NCBI GenBank assembly: GCA_964457775.1
Contig: CAYWEW010000003.1
Location: 30,776-94,775, forward strand
DNA: 64,000 nucleotides
Direction: 5' to 3'
Source: an uncultured Candidatus Saccharibacteria bacterium
GTDB taxonomy: Bacteria > Patescibacteriota > Minisyncoccia > Phycocordibacterales > UBA5272
Below the pieces are notes generated by a model. The model had not been told where the DNA came from. It saw only the letters and a list, made by a program, of their open reading frames with translations, and made no database searches. Both the position numbers and the translations under genes were made by a program. This document shows positions 39,102 through 48,751 of this stretch, piece after piece; position 1 is the stretch's first letter, and every line of letters starts with the position of its first letter.

Positions 39102-40067
39102 ATGTCTTCACATTCTATCATTTTGCCTTCAAAGCCAAGAATCGTTAAAGAAGACGCCACTTCTGGCGTGTATGAAATAGACGGATTATATCCAGGATAT
39201 GGACATACTTTAGGAAATTCACTTCGTCGTATCATTCTTTCATCTGTACCTGGTGCATCTATCACATCATTATCTATTGATGGTGTAAAGCATGAATTTT
39301 CAGCAATTGATGGAATCAAAGAAGACGTTATTGCTATTATTCTTAATCTTAAGAAGACTCGTTTTAAATTACATGGGGATGATGCACAAAAAGCAACTCT
39401 AAATATTAAGGGTGCAAAAATTACCACAGCTGATAATATTTCTCTTCCTTCACAACTTGAAATCATGAACAAGGATCAATATATTTGTGAATCAACTGCA
39501 AAGGATGTTGATCTAGCTATTGAACTTACAATTGAAAAAGGTCTAGGTTATGTACCTCGTGAAGTTCTTTTGAAGGATAAGGCAGATATCGGAACAATCG
39601 TTCTTGATGCATCATTTACTCCTATTCGTCGCGCTAGTTACGAAGTAGAAAACATGCGTGTTGGTGACAGAACTGACCATAACCGTCTTCGTGTTTCTAT
39701 CGAAACAGATGGAACAGTTACTCCACATGAGGTTCTTGAATCATCAATACACACAATGATTACACAACTTCAATCTATTGTTGGTTTCCGTGCTGAAGTT
39801 ATTGATATGCCAAAGGAGTCAAAACAAGAGCCTATTGTTGATTCTTCTGACTCACTTGATCTTACAGATGCAACAAAAGTTAAGATTGAAGATTTGGGAT
39901 TATCTACTCGTACCGAAAATGCTCTTGTTACTGCATCTGTTCGTACGGCAGGAGGACTTGCTCGTAAATCAGAAGCTGACCTTTTAGCAACTGATGGTCT
40001 TGGGGAAAAAGGAATTAATGAAATTAAAAAAGCACTATTTGATTTAGGTCTTACGCTTAAGGCATAG
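39102..40067 (+). CDS. rpoA: RNA polymerase alpha subunit
   Basis: GYGHTLGNSLRRIILSS, DASFTP, LSTRTENAL. Confidence 0.97.
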   Translation: MSSHSIILPSKPRIVKEDATSGVYEIDGLYPGYGHTLGNSLRRIILSSVPGASITSLSIDGVKHEFSAIDGIKEDVIAIILNLKKTRFKLHGDDAQKATLNIKGAKITTADNISLPSQLEIMNKDQYICESTAKDVDLAIELTIEKGLGYVPREVLLKDKADIGTIVLDASFTPIRRASYEVENMRVGDRTDHNRLRVSIETDGTVTPHEVLESSIHTMITQLQSIVGFRAEVIDMPKESKQEPIVDSSDSLDLTDATKVKIEDLGLSTRTENALVTASVRTAGGLARKSEADLLATDGLGEKGINEIKKALFDLGLTLKA

Positions 40068-40113
40068 CAAAAAGGTCAGAATCATGATATAGTAGAGCAC
40101 TAATAGACAACGT

Positions 40114-40467
40114 ATGAAACATCACAAATCATTCAGAAAATTCGGACGAGAAAAAAACGAGCGCAAAGCATTTGTGCGTGGACTTCTTGTTAATCTTATT
40201 CGTCATGGTCGCATTGAGACTACACTTGCTCGCGCAAAAGAGATACGTCCTTTTGTTGAGAAGTTAGTTACTCTTGCAAAGGAGGACACTGTTGCACGTC
40301 GTCGTCTCATTATGTCTCGTATTATGAATCAAGATATTGAAACATCAAAGTTATTTGCTGAATATGCTGTGAAGTATAAGGCTGTATCTGGTGGATATAC
40401 TCGTATTCTAAAACTACCTACACGTATTTCAGACGGTGCTGAAAAAGCTATTATCGAATTTGTATAA
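40114..40467 (+). CDS. rplQ: 50S ribosomal protein L17
   Basis: IETTLARAKE, GGYTRILK. Confidence 0.97.
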   Translation: MKHHKSFRKFGREKNERKAFVRGLLVNLIRHGRIETTLARAKEIRPFVEKLVTLAKEDTVARRRLIMSRIMNQDIETSKLFAEYAVKYKAVSGGYTRILKLPTRISDGAEKAIIEFV

Positions 40468-40477
40468 TTTTACTACT

Positions 40478-40822
40478 ATGAACCACATTATTGACGCAAC
40501 AGACAGACCATTAGGAAGAGTAGCTACAGAAGTAGCAGCACTACTTAATGCAAAAAATAGTATTCATTTCGTAAAAAATCGTGTGGCAGAAGTTTCTGTT
40601 AAAGTAACCAATGCTTCAAAAATTAAAGTAACAGGAAGTAAAATGAAGGACAGTGTTCATAAATCATTCTCTGGTTACCCAAGCGGTCTAAAAGAAATGC
40701 CTCTTTCATATGTTGTTGCAAAGAAGGGTTTTTCAGAGCTTCTCACACATGCTGTACGTGGAATGTTACCAAAGAATAAGTTACAAGATATTCGTATGAA
40801 GAATCTCGTGATTGAGGAATAA
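40478..40822 (+). CDS. rplM: 50S ribosomal protein L13 (short)
   Basis: IDATDRPLGRVA, SGYPSGLK, AVRGMLPKNKL. Confidence 0.95.
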   Translation: MNHIIDATDRPLGRVATEVAALLNAKNSIHFVKNRVAEVSVKVTNASKIKVTGSKMKDSVHKSFSGYPSGLKEMPLSYVVAKKGFSELLTHAVRGMLPKNKLQDIRMKNLVIEE

Positions 40823-40837
40823 TAATTTTAAATATAT

Positions 40838-41245
40838 ATGGCTACAGAAACAAAACAGAGATACATAGAAGCAGTAGGACGTCGTAAGACAGCGATTGCT
40901 CGTGTTCGTATTACACCTGCAACAAAGACTTCTTTCGTTGTTAACGATAAGGATGTTAAGGAATATTTCGTAACAGAAGAACTTCAAATGATTGCTCAAG
41001 AAGCGATTAGTAAATCAGAAGTTGGTGAAAAGTTCTCAGTATCTATTCACGTATTAGGTGGTGGTATTCATGCACAAGCAGAAGCTGTACGTCATGGACT
41101 ATCTCGTACGCTCGTTCTTCGTGATGAAAACATCAAGAACACTCTTAAGAAACTTGGATTTCTAAAGCGTGACTCACGTCAAGTTGAAAGAAAGAAATTC
41201 GGTCTTAAGAAAGCACGTAAAGCTCCAACTTGGTCAAAGCGTTAA
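40838..41245 (+). CDS. rpsI: 30S ribosomal protein S9
   Basis: GRRKTAIARV, ERKKFGLKKARKAPTWSKR. Confidence 0.97.
   Translation: MATETKQRYIEAVGRRKTAIARVRITPATKTSFVVNDKDVKEYFVTEELQMIAQEAISKSEVGEKFSVSIHVLGGGIHAQAEAVRHGLSRTLVLRDENIKNTLKKLGFLKRDSRQVERKKFGLKKARKAPTWSKR
41218..41245 (+). repeat. Direct repeat, copy 1: rpsI 3' end
   Basis: taaagctccaacttggtcaaagcgttaa; 27/28 identical to 42964-42991. Confidence 0.9.
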
Positions 41246-41249
41246 TAAT

Positions 41250-41277
41250 AATAAACTGCACATATGTGCAGTTTATT
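41250..41277 (+). terminator. Terminator-like palindrome after rpsI
   Basis: aataaactgcacat/atgtgcagtttatt followed by T-run. Confidence 0.7.
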
Positions 41278-41343
41278 TTTTCAAGTAAGTCAAATGTGGA
41301 TAAGTTACATAATGGGTATCAGTTTTGTGTTACAGTGTCCTAT

Positions 41344-42315
41344 ATGAACAGTGGATCAACAATAAATACAAGAACTCAAGATTCTTTCACTAAGGCATCT
41401 TTGATAATGATATTATCTATAATACTTGGTACTGTAACTTATGCATGGGTAGGTCCAACAAGTATGGCTCCTAACGGAAATGTACCTCCACCGATTAATG
41501 TTGGTTCAGTTCTGCAAGAAAAGTTGGGAGGACTTAAAATATTTGGTGACTTAACTGTTGGAACGACAACTAGTCCAAATGCAACTTTAACTGTCCATGG
41601 GAAAATATATTCTGAATCTACATTAAGTTCTGATACTGCACATACAGTTGTCACTAAGGATTTTATCCCAAGGTGTTCTTCAGGTAAGTTCTTAACAAGT
41701 GATGGGAATCAGCTGTTGTGCAAAACAGCCACAGTTCCTCCTTCCTGCGGAACAGAGTCAAATGTTGGTCCAAACACAGTTGTTACGTTTACATCTTCAT
41801 GTGTGTTCGTTGTTCCTGACGGAGTTAATTCTGTTAATTTGAAAGTGGTTGGAGGTGGAGGTGGAGGTGGAGGAGGGTCTGATTTTGGTGGTGCTAGTAG
41901 TGGGGGACAGAGTGGAACACAGTCATCGTTCTCAACAGTTGTAGCTTTACCTGGTGGTGGTGGAGGTGGAGCAGGGATGCTTCAATATAATTACGTGTGT
42001 TATGGAGGCGCAGCAGGTGCTGGATACCCTTCTGGAACAGAAGGGGTAACTTGTGGATATGGATCGGTTACTGGCGCTTCCAATGGTTCTGGATACGGTT
42101 CAGGTGGGGATGGTAAAACCTCTGCTATTGATGGTGGTGGAGGAGGAGGTAGTGGTGGTGCTGGACAAGTTGTTACACAGACATTAAGTGTCACTTCAGG
42201 TCAAAACATATCTGTTGTAGTTGGGGGTGGAGGATCACGAGGATCTAGTACATATGGTAATGTTGGTACTTCTGGTACAAACGGTGTTGTTACTGCTACT
42301 TATACTACACCATAA
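41344..42315 (+). CDS. Secreted/surface Gly-rich protein, N-terminal paralog of 32518-33804
   Basis: TM, AWVGPTSMAPNGNVPPPINVG, C-terminal FVVPDGVNSVNLKVVGGGGGGG…SVTSGQNISVVVGGGG tail-fibre-type Gly-rich domain. Confidence 0.75.
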   Translation: MNSGSTINTRTQDSFTKASLIMILSIILGTVTYAWVGPTSMAPNGNVPPPINVGSVLQEKLGGLKIFGDLTVGTTTSPNATLTVHGKIYSESTLSSDTAHTVVTKDFIPRCSSGKFLTSDGNQLLCKTATVPPSCGTESNVGPNTVVTFTSSCVFVVPDGVNSVNLKVVGGGGGGGGGSDFGGASSGGQSGTQSSFSTVVALPGGGGGGAGMLQYNYVCYGGAAGAGYPSGTEGVTCGYGSVTGASNGSGYGSGGDGKTSAIDGGGGGGSGGAGQVVTQTLSVTSGQNISVVVGGGGSRGSSTYGNVGTSGTNGVVTATYTTP

Positions 42316-42349
42316 TCCAAAATATAATGGAAAAGTTCTTCTAAAATTT

Positions 42350-42934
42350 ATGAGTCCGAATTTAAAAAATATTATTATATATATTCTCATCTTAATTATA
42401 GGAGTTTTTATTGGTGGTTACTCAGTGAATTTATATTTCAAGACCAAAATTCAGAAAATATTTATGAGTAATGTTACTTCTAGCGAATCAGTAAATAATG
42501 ATGTATTTGATAACAATGCTCAAGCATCTAACTCAAAAATTTTAAAAACAAAGTATTTTGTTGGAGATGTTGTTTCTTTTTCTGGTGATACAATTATTAT
42601 AGACTCTGAAAATATATTGTATCCGTTGTCCGTTTCTAAAGAAAAGCACCAAGTAACCGTCAAAATAGATAATAATACAAAATTTATTAGTACCACCTTA
42701 AAAGATAAGGCAATTTTTGAAAAGGAAATGCGTGATTATAAAAATATTCCAATTGACAAAAGAGCGCAGATTACATCACCAAAATCTTTAATTGAAAAAG
42801 AAATACCTCGTAATTCAATTAGTGTTGGTAAAAAAATAGTCATTAAATCAAAAGAAGAGTTAGTTTCTACTACTAAATATTTTGTAGCTGAATCGATTAG
42901 TTTAACTTATGAATTGTCTAAAGCCACAAATTAA
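42350..42934 (+). CDS. Membrane-anchored hypothetical protein, paralog of 33841-34437
   Basis: N-terminal TM; shared motifs with 33841-34437. Confidence 0.75.
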   Translation: MSPNLKNIIIYILILIIGVFIGGYSVNLYFKTKIQKIFMSNVTSSESVNNDVFDNNAQASNSKILKTKYFVGDVVSFSGDTIIIDSENILYPLSVSKEKHQVTVKIDNNTKFISTTLKDKAIFEKEMRDYKNIPIDKRAQITSPKSLIEKEIPRNSISVGKKIVIKSKEELVSTTKYFVAESISLTYELSKATN

Positions 42935-42963
42935 ATACCGGGGACTCTTTTAAGGAAACCTCT

Positions 42964-42991
42964 TAAAGCTCCAACCTGGTCAAAGCGTTAA
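42964..42991 (+). repeat. Direct repeat, copy 2: orphan rpsI 3' end (KAPTWSKR*)
   Basis: Single mismatch is synonymous (ACT vs ACC). Confidence 0.9.
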
Positions 42992-42995
42992 AAAC

Positions 42996-43021
42996 AAAAA
43001 CCTGTCATTTGACAGGTTTTT
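42996..43021 (+). terminator. Terminator after the orphan rpsI end
   Basis: aaaaacctgtca-tt-tgacaggttttt. Confidence 0.75.
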
Positions 43022-43062
43022 TGTTTTTAGAATTACATATTTGTATGCTAAAATTAATTCAT

Positions 43063-43506
43063 ATGAATAATCTAGAAAAAAATACACCACAAAATAATGA
43101 ACCAGAGAATCCAGGGAGAAGAGGTTTTCTTGGGAAGATGTTCGGAGCTGCTGCACTTGGAACAGTTGCTGCTATGGCTGGAAATAAATATATTAAACAA
43201 GAGCTCGAGAATAATAATGAAATTAATAATCTATACTTATCTTTTAAAGATAAAGAAAATGATATTCACAAAGTAAACGAAGCTACTGCTTTATTAATAG
43301 AAGAAATGAATAAAAGCAGTATTGACCAGGTAAAAATTTCAGGAATGGGTCATCCAAATGATCGTATAGATATTTTGAGGGACTTTTTAACCAAACACCT
43401 TAATTCCAAAATTGGAAATAAATATTCATTTAAGAATAGAATATTTTCATCTGGTGTTTATAAAAGAGAGGACTTAATTGATATTTTGAGCGCCACAACA
43501 AAGTAG
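43063..43506 (+). CDS. Hypothetical protein with a twin-arginine-like N-terminal motif
   Basis: NPGRRGFLGKMFGAAALGTVAAMAG. Confidence 0.6.
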   Translation: MNNLEKNTPQNNEPENPGRRGFLGKMFGAAALGTVAAMAGNKYIKQELENNNEINNLYLSFKDKENDIHKVNEATALLIEEMNKSSIDQVKISGMGHPNDRIDILRDFLTKHLNSKIGNKYSFKNRIFSSGVYKREDLIDILSATTK

Positions 43507-43581
43507 TTTTGTAATTTTAAATTAGCCGTGTTAGTGTAGTTTTAGAGGTTTCAATTAGTTGTCTAATTTGTGGAGGAAAAA

Positions 43582-43836
43582 ATGAATACACGTGAAATAA
43601 TTGTAAATCTTGATGAAGACTCAGTAAAGAGAATCGGAATACTTTTTGGAGATGATGTTACGACAATGGAGGGTGCTGAAGATTTTTTTAAACTAGCGAT
43701 GGTAACCCTTTTATCAATGGGTGAAGAGATGAAAAAGGGGAGAATAATTGTTTCTATGAACCCAAACGCGGTTGGTGGTTTTACAGGATTGAAATTTGAT
43801 TTCCCAAAGCCAAAACCAATATGCAGAGTCAAATAG
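43582..43836 (+). CDS. Hypothetical protein
   Basis: GGAGG SD; terminator at 43847-43868. Confidence 0.55.
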   Translation: MNTREIIVNLDEDSVKRIGILFGDDVTTMEGAEDFFKLAMVTLLSMGEEMKKGRIIVSMNPNAVGGFTGLKFDFPKPKPICRVK

Positions 43837-43939
43837 ATTTTAAATCAAACAGCACTTAGGTGCTGTTTTTGTTTTTTTACTTAATTATGCTAGTGTTCTT
43901 GTAGAAATACTGCACATTCATATTTAAAGGAGAAACAAA

Positions 43940-44743
43940 GTGCTTGGATATCTTCTTGAAAAAAGACCACAAGAAATTTATAGACTTGAGTTAAATGAAA
44001 ATGGTTTTGTTTTTAAAATTCGAAATGCATTTTTTGAGTACTTACTCAATTGTATTAAAAAAGAGGAAGACAAAATTCATTTAATAAAACTTGCAAATGA
44101 TGTAGTTGAAGGCGTAGTCATTTTCTACATAAATTTGCCATTTATCAGATATCCAAATTTTTCACACAAATCAACAGATTGGAAGAGTTTGTGCAAATGT
44201 GCAGAAGATATGAGTTTTCTATTTCGTCTGCTTAATTATCCACCAACAGACTTGGATTTGGTAGGTAATCACTCATACTGTTTAAGTGAAAAGACACAGC
44301 TCATGACTATTTCTACTAGTCATTATAGTAATGACGGTTTTCACTCTTCTCCGATTGAAGTTGGGTTTAGTAGAAAGGCTTGTGAACTTCTTGTTACTTC
44401 ATTTAAACAGGATACACACTTTAAAGAATGTGAGGAGTCTGCGCATAGTGTGTACTTTGGTTTATCCTCCAAAACAAAAAGTGAATTTGAGAGAAGTAAA
44501 AAGACTTTCCTAAAATATTCCGGAGGATTCATGGGGATAACTGCCATGGTAAGAGGCGGAGGCACTCCACACTTCGTTGTTCCAGGAAACTGTGCTTGTT
44601 TGGGTGCAAATCCAGATAGGTTCAAGTTTGATAGGGATACGCATTCTCACAACATGGATTCTTCATTACAACAGATGAGTATGCTCGCATCTTTGGTTAC
44701 GTTCTGGAATAAGGTTCTAATTCCATTACAGGACGGAAGCTAA
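43940..44743 (+). CDS. Hypothetical protein
   Basis: 267 aa, AAGGAG SD, GTG start; terminator at 44757-44781. Confidence 0.65.
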   Translation: MLGYLLEKRPQEIYRLELNENGFVFKIRNAFFEYLLNCIKKEEDKIHLIKLANDVVEGVVIFYINLPFIRYPNFSHKSTDWKSLCKCAEDMSFLFRLLNYPPTDLDLVGNHSYCLSEKTQLMTISTSHYSNDGFHSSPIEVGFSRKACELLVTSFKQDTHFKECEESAHSVYFGLSSKTKSEFERSKKTFLKYSGGFMGITAMVRGGGTPHFVVPGNCACLGANPDRFKFDRDTHSHNMDSSLQQMSMLASLVTFWNKVLIPLQDGS

Positions 44744-44929
44744 TCATTTGATTTTGAATCACCACACTTGCTGTGGTGATTTTTCTTGACTTTTTTTTCA
44801 ATATAATTTATATATTATATGTGCGAGAAAAATGCTATACTGATAATAACGGAATTACGGAAACGACAGATAATTCAGGAATACAGAAATGTGTATATTA
44901 GTAAGATTTTGTAATGATATTGAGTACGT

Positions 44930-45562
44930 ATGAATAATAATGATGAAGAAATAATTAAAGATGATGTAACACAAGAGGAACAAACAGAAATTAAAAAAGA
45001 ACAAATAACTAGTGACGACACAGACGATATTTCTTTTGAAGAAGTAGATGAAGATGGTGAGCAAAATGTAAAAGTTACTATTAAAAAACTTCGTGAAAAG
45101 ATTAAGAAATTAGAAAGTGAAAAGCAGGAATACTTAGATTTAAGTCAACGCACAAGAGCTGACTATGTTAACTTCAAAAAAGAAGTTGAAAGCAATCTAG
45201 TTTCGAACAGGAAGTTTGCTACAAAGAGATTTATTGAAGAGTTGCTTCCAGTACTTGATTCATATGATATGGCACAAGGAAACGCAGAAGCCTGGGAGAA
45301 GGTAGATAAGAATTGGAGAGTTGGAATTGAATATATTTTTAATCAATTCAAAACCGTGCTTGAAAATGAAGGAGTAACACAGTTCGGAAAAATTGGAGAT
45401 AGTTTTAATCCGGAATTACATGAAACAATGCTGTCAGTGGAAGTTAATAATGAAAATGAAGATGAAAAAATTGTGAAGGTGTTACAAAATGGATATAAGA
45501 TGCACGATAGTATATTACGTCCAGCTCGTGTACATGTTGGTCAGTTTAAAAAAGAGAATTAA
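44930..45562 (+). CDS. grpE: Nucleotide exchange factor GrpE
   Basis: RADYVNFKK, LLPVLD, FNPELHE, GYKMHDSILRPARV. Confidence 0.95.
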   Translation: MNNNDEEIIKDDVTQEEQTEIKKEQITSDDTDDISFEEVDEDGEQNVKVTIKKLREKIKKLESEKQEYLDLSQRTRADYVNFKKEVESNLVSNRKFATKRFIEELLPVLDSYDMAQGNAEAWEKVDKNWRVGIEYIFNQFKTVLENEGVTQFGKIGDSFNPELHETMLSVEVNNENEDEKIVKVLQNGYKMHDSILRPARVHVGQFKKEN

Positions 45563-45590
45563 TTTAGAAATTTAAAATAATATAAAACTT

Positions 45591-47498
45591 ATGGCAAAAA
45601 TAATTGGAATTGATTTAGGAACAACAAACTCAGCAGTTGCAATAATCGAAGCAGGGCAACCAAAAATCATAGAAAATACTGAAGGTAATCGTACAACTCC
45701 TTCAGTTGTTTCAGTAAATAAAAACGGTGAGCGCGCAGTTGGCCAAATAGCAAAACGTCAAGCAGTAACTAATCCAGAAAATACAATTTATGGAGTAAAG
45801 CGCTTCATGGGTCATTCATTCACAGACAAAGAAGTGCAAAATGATATTCCTCGCGTTGCTTACAAATTAAAAGCAAGTAGTAATGGGGGTGTATCTATTT
45901 CATTAGGTGGTAAAGATACTCGTCCAGAAGAAATCTCCGCGATGATTTTACAAAAAATTAAGACAGATGTAGAGGCAAAAACAGGTGAGACAATTACTCA
46001 AGCTGTTATTACTGTTCCTGCATATTTCAATGATGTACAACGTCAAGCAACTATTGATGCGGGTAAAATCGCAGGACTTGAAGTTATGCGTATCATTCCT
46101 GAACCAACAGCAGCAGCTCTCGCTTATGGATTCAACAGTACCAAGAATGAAAAGATTGCAGTGTATGACTTCGGAGGAGGAACATTTGATATTTCTATTC
46201 TAGAAGTAGGTGATGGTGTTGTAGAAGTAAAATCAGTTGACGGTGACTCACACTTAGGAGGACGTGACATTGACCAGAAGTTCGTAGAATATATTGCTTC
46301 TGAATTTAAGAAAGATCAAGGTATTGATGTTTCAAAAGATGCGCTTGCATTACAGCGTCTTGATGAAGCAGCAGAAAAGGCAAAGCATGAACTTTCTACA
46401 CAATTAGAAACAGAAATTAATCTTCCATTTATCACTTCTGGGGTTGATGGTCCAAAGCACTTAGTTGTGAAAGTTACTCGTGCGAAGTTAGAAGAAATTG
46501 CAAAAGAATTTGTTGACCGCTCAATTGAAATTACAAAGCGAGCACTTGAGGCATCTCCATTTAAGAAAGAAGAAATTCATGAAATTATTATGGTTGGAGG
46601 ACAAACTCGTATGCCTATGATTGTGGAAGCCGTGAAGGCATTATTTGGTAAGGAGCCAAATCGTTCAATTAACCCAGACGAAGTGGTGGCGCTCGGTGCT
46701 GCTGTTCAAGCTGGAGTATTACAAGGAGATGTGAAAGACGTTCTTCTTCTTGACGTTATTCCACTTTCACTTGGTATTGAAACTATGGGAGGTGTTGCAA
46801 CCAAGCTTGTTGAAAGGAATATGACTATTCCAACAGCAAAGTCACAAATTTTCTCAACAGCATCAGACAATCAAACCTCCGTTGAAATTCACATTACTCA
46901 AGGTGAAAGACCACTTGCTGCTGATAATAAGTCACTAGGTAGATTTATTCTTGACGGTATTCCACCAGCACCACGAGGTATGCCACAAGTTGAAGTTACA
47001 TTCGACGTAGATGCTAACGGTATCTTAAACGTTGCTGCGAAAGATAAAACATCTGGTAAGGTTCAATCCATTCGTATTGAAGCATCATCTGGTCTATCTG
47101 ATGAAGATATAAAGAAAATGCAAAACGATGCTGAAGCACATGCTGATGAAGATAAAAAGAAAATGGAACTTGTTGAAGTAAAGAATATGGCAGACACAAT
47201 GGTTCATACCGCAGAAAAAGCAATCAAAGATGCGGGGGATAAAATTTCTGAAGAAATAAAGAAGGAAGTTACAGATGCTATCGCGGAAGTGAAAACGGCT
47301 CGTAATGGAGATAATAAGGAAGTGCTTACAAAAGCAACTGAGAATCTTTCAGAAAAAATGATGAAAATTGGTGAGGCTATGAAATCAGCCAATGATCAAG
47401 CAACTCAATCAAACGCTACAGAAACAACTGAAGCTCCAAAAGAAGAAGGAAATGATGCGTCAGAAACAAAAAAAGATGACACAGGTGCAAATGCATAG
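45591..47498 (+). CDS. dnaK: Chaperone DnaK
   Basis: [30 protein letters not shown]. Confidence 0.98.
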   Translation: MAKIIGIDLGTTNSAVAIIEAGQPKIIENTEGNRTTPSVVSVNKNGERAVGQIAKRQAVTNPENTIYGVKRFMGHSFTDKEVQNDIPRVAYKLKASSNGGVSISLGGKDTRPEEISAMILQKIKTDVEAKTGETITQAVITVPAYFNDVQRQATIDAGKIAGLEVMRIIPEPTAAALAYGFNSTKNEKIAVYDFGGGTFDISILEVGDGVVEVKSVDGDSHLGGRDIDQKFVEYIASEFKKDQGIDVSKDALALQRLDEAAEKAKHELSTQLETEINLPFITSGVDGPKHLVVKVTRAKLEEIAKEFVDRSIEITKRALEASPFKKEEIHEIIMVGGQTRMPMIVEAVKALFGKEPNRSINPDEVVALGAAVQAGVLQGDVKDVLLLDVIPLSLGIETMGGVATKLVERNMTIPTAKSQIFSTASDNQTSVEIHITQGERPLAADNKSLGRFILDGIPPAPRGMPQVEVTFDVDANGILNVAAKDKTSGKVQSIRIEASSGLSDEDIKKMQNDAEAHADEDKKKMELVEVKNMADTMVHTAEKAIKDAGDKISEEIKKEVTDAIAEVKTARNGDNKEVLTKATENLSEKMMKIGEAMKSANDQATQSNATETTEAPKEEGNDASETKKDDTGANA

Positions 47499-47520
47499 TT
47501 TGTGTTAGAATATTCTTATC

Positions 47521-48606
47521 ATGGCAACAAAAGACTATTACAATCTACTTGGTGTAGATAAGAGTGCTTCGAAAGACGATATTAAAAAAGCGTTTTATAA
47601 ACTTGCTGCAAAATATCACCCTGATAAAAAAGGAGGGGATGAGGCGAAATTCAAAGAAATAAACGAAGCGTATCAGACACTTTCTGATGAGAAAAAAAGA
47701 AAGGAGTATGATACTTACGGACAAACATTCAATGGACAAGGCCCGATGGGTGGTCAAGGAGGATTCGGTGGTTTCGGAGGATTCAATCAATCAGATTTTC
47801 AAGACATGCAATTTGATTTTGGGGACCTTGGAGATATATTTGGAGACATGTTCGGAGGGGGCGGAGGTTCTCGCCAAAAACGTGGACGAGATATTTCACT
47901 TGAAATTGATGTACCATTTACAGAGGCAATTTTTGGAACAGAGAGAAATGTTTTGCTTTCAAAAGTAAGTACTTGTAAAACATGTACTGGAAGCGGTGCA
48001 AAAGTTGGAACTAAAAAGAAAATTTGTACCACATGTAATGGTCAAGGAAAAGTTCACGATGTGAAGAAGACATTCATGGGTAATTTCCAGACAGTTCGTA
48101 CATGTGATAGTTGTCGTGGAGTAGGGCAGATTCCAGAAGAGAAGTGTCATGATTGTAAAGGTCATGGTGTGTCGAATGTTCGTGAAGAAGTTAATATCGC
48201 TATTCCAGCTGGAATGGGTAATGGTGAAATGATACGTATGTCACAAATGGGTGAAGCAGTGTCAGGTGGAGTATCAGGGGACTTATATGTAAAGATAAAT
48301 GTTACACCTCACAAGATTTGGAAGCGCGAAGGAAACGACTTAGTTATCACTCATGAGATTAAATTGACAGATGCGCTTTTGGGTGTAAAACATACAATTG
48401 ACGGATTAGATGGAAAAGTCGAAATAGATGTCCCAGCAGGAGCTCAGACAGGCGAAATTTTGCGTGTAAAAGGCCGTGGAGTGCCCCATATTCACGATAA
48501 AGGGCGTCGTGGGGATATATTAGTAAAACTAAATATTCACATGCCTAAGAAGCTTTCTAGGAAGGCTATGGAGCTTGTCGAAGGTCTACAAAACGAAGGG
48601 TTGTAG
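47521..48606 (+). CDS. dnaJ: Chaperone DnaJ
   Basis: HPD motif, G/F-rich region, four CxxCxGxG repeats. Confidence 0.97.
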   Translation: MATKDYYNLLGVDKSASKDDIKKAFYKLAAKYHPDKKGGDEAKFKEINEAYQTLSDEKKRKEYDTYGQTFNGQGPMGGQGGFGGFGGFNQSDFQDMQFDFGDLGDIFGDMFGGGGGSRQKRGRDISLEIDVPFTEAIFGTERNVLLSKVSTCKTCTGSGAKVGTKKKICTTCNGQGKVHDVKKTFMGNFQTVRTCDSCRGVGQIPEEKCHDCKGHGVSNVREEVNIAIPAGMGNGEMIRMSQMGEAVSGGVSGDLYVKINVTPHKIWKREGNDLVITHEIKLTDALLGVKHTIDGLDGKVEIDVPAGAQTGEILRVKGRGVPHIHDKGRRGDILVKLNIHMPKKLSRKAMELVEGLQNEGL

Positions 48607-48628
48607 GTGGGAATAAATGAAGTAGCAT

Positions 48629-48672
48629 TAATACAAAAAGGATATGCGTGAAGCATATCTTTTTTTGTATTA
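48629..48672 (+). terminator. Terminator of the dnaK operon
   Basis: taatacaaaaaggatatgc-gtgaa-gcatatctttttttgtatta. Confidence 0.75.
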
Positions 48673-48751
48673 TTTTTCATCTATTGTTGACCTTGTATAA
48701 ATAAAGGTCTAGAATATTAAAGTTGCGTTCTTTTCTAAAAAGGGGGGTGTC

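Noticed and set aside
20016-41303. oriC suggested by DnaA boxes
   Set aside because: The boxes are single and scattered over more than 20 kb; no cluster and no dnaA/dnaN nearby.
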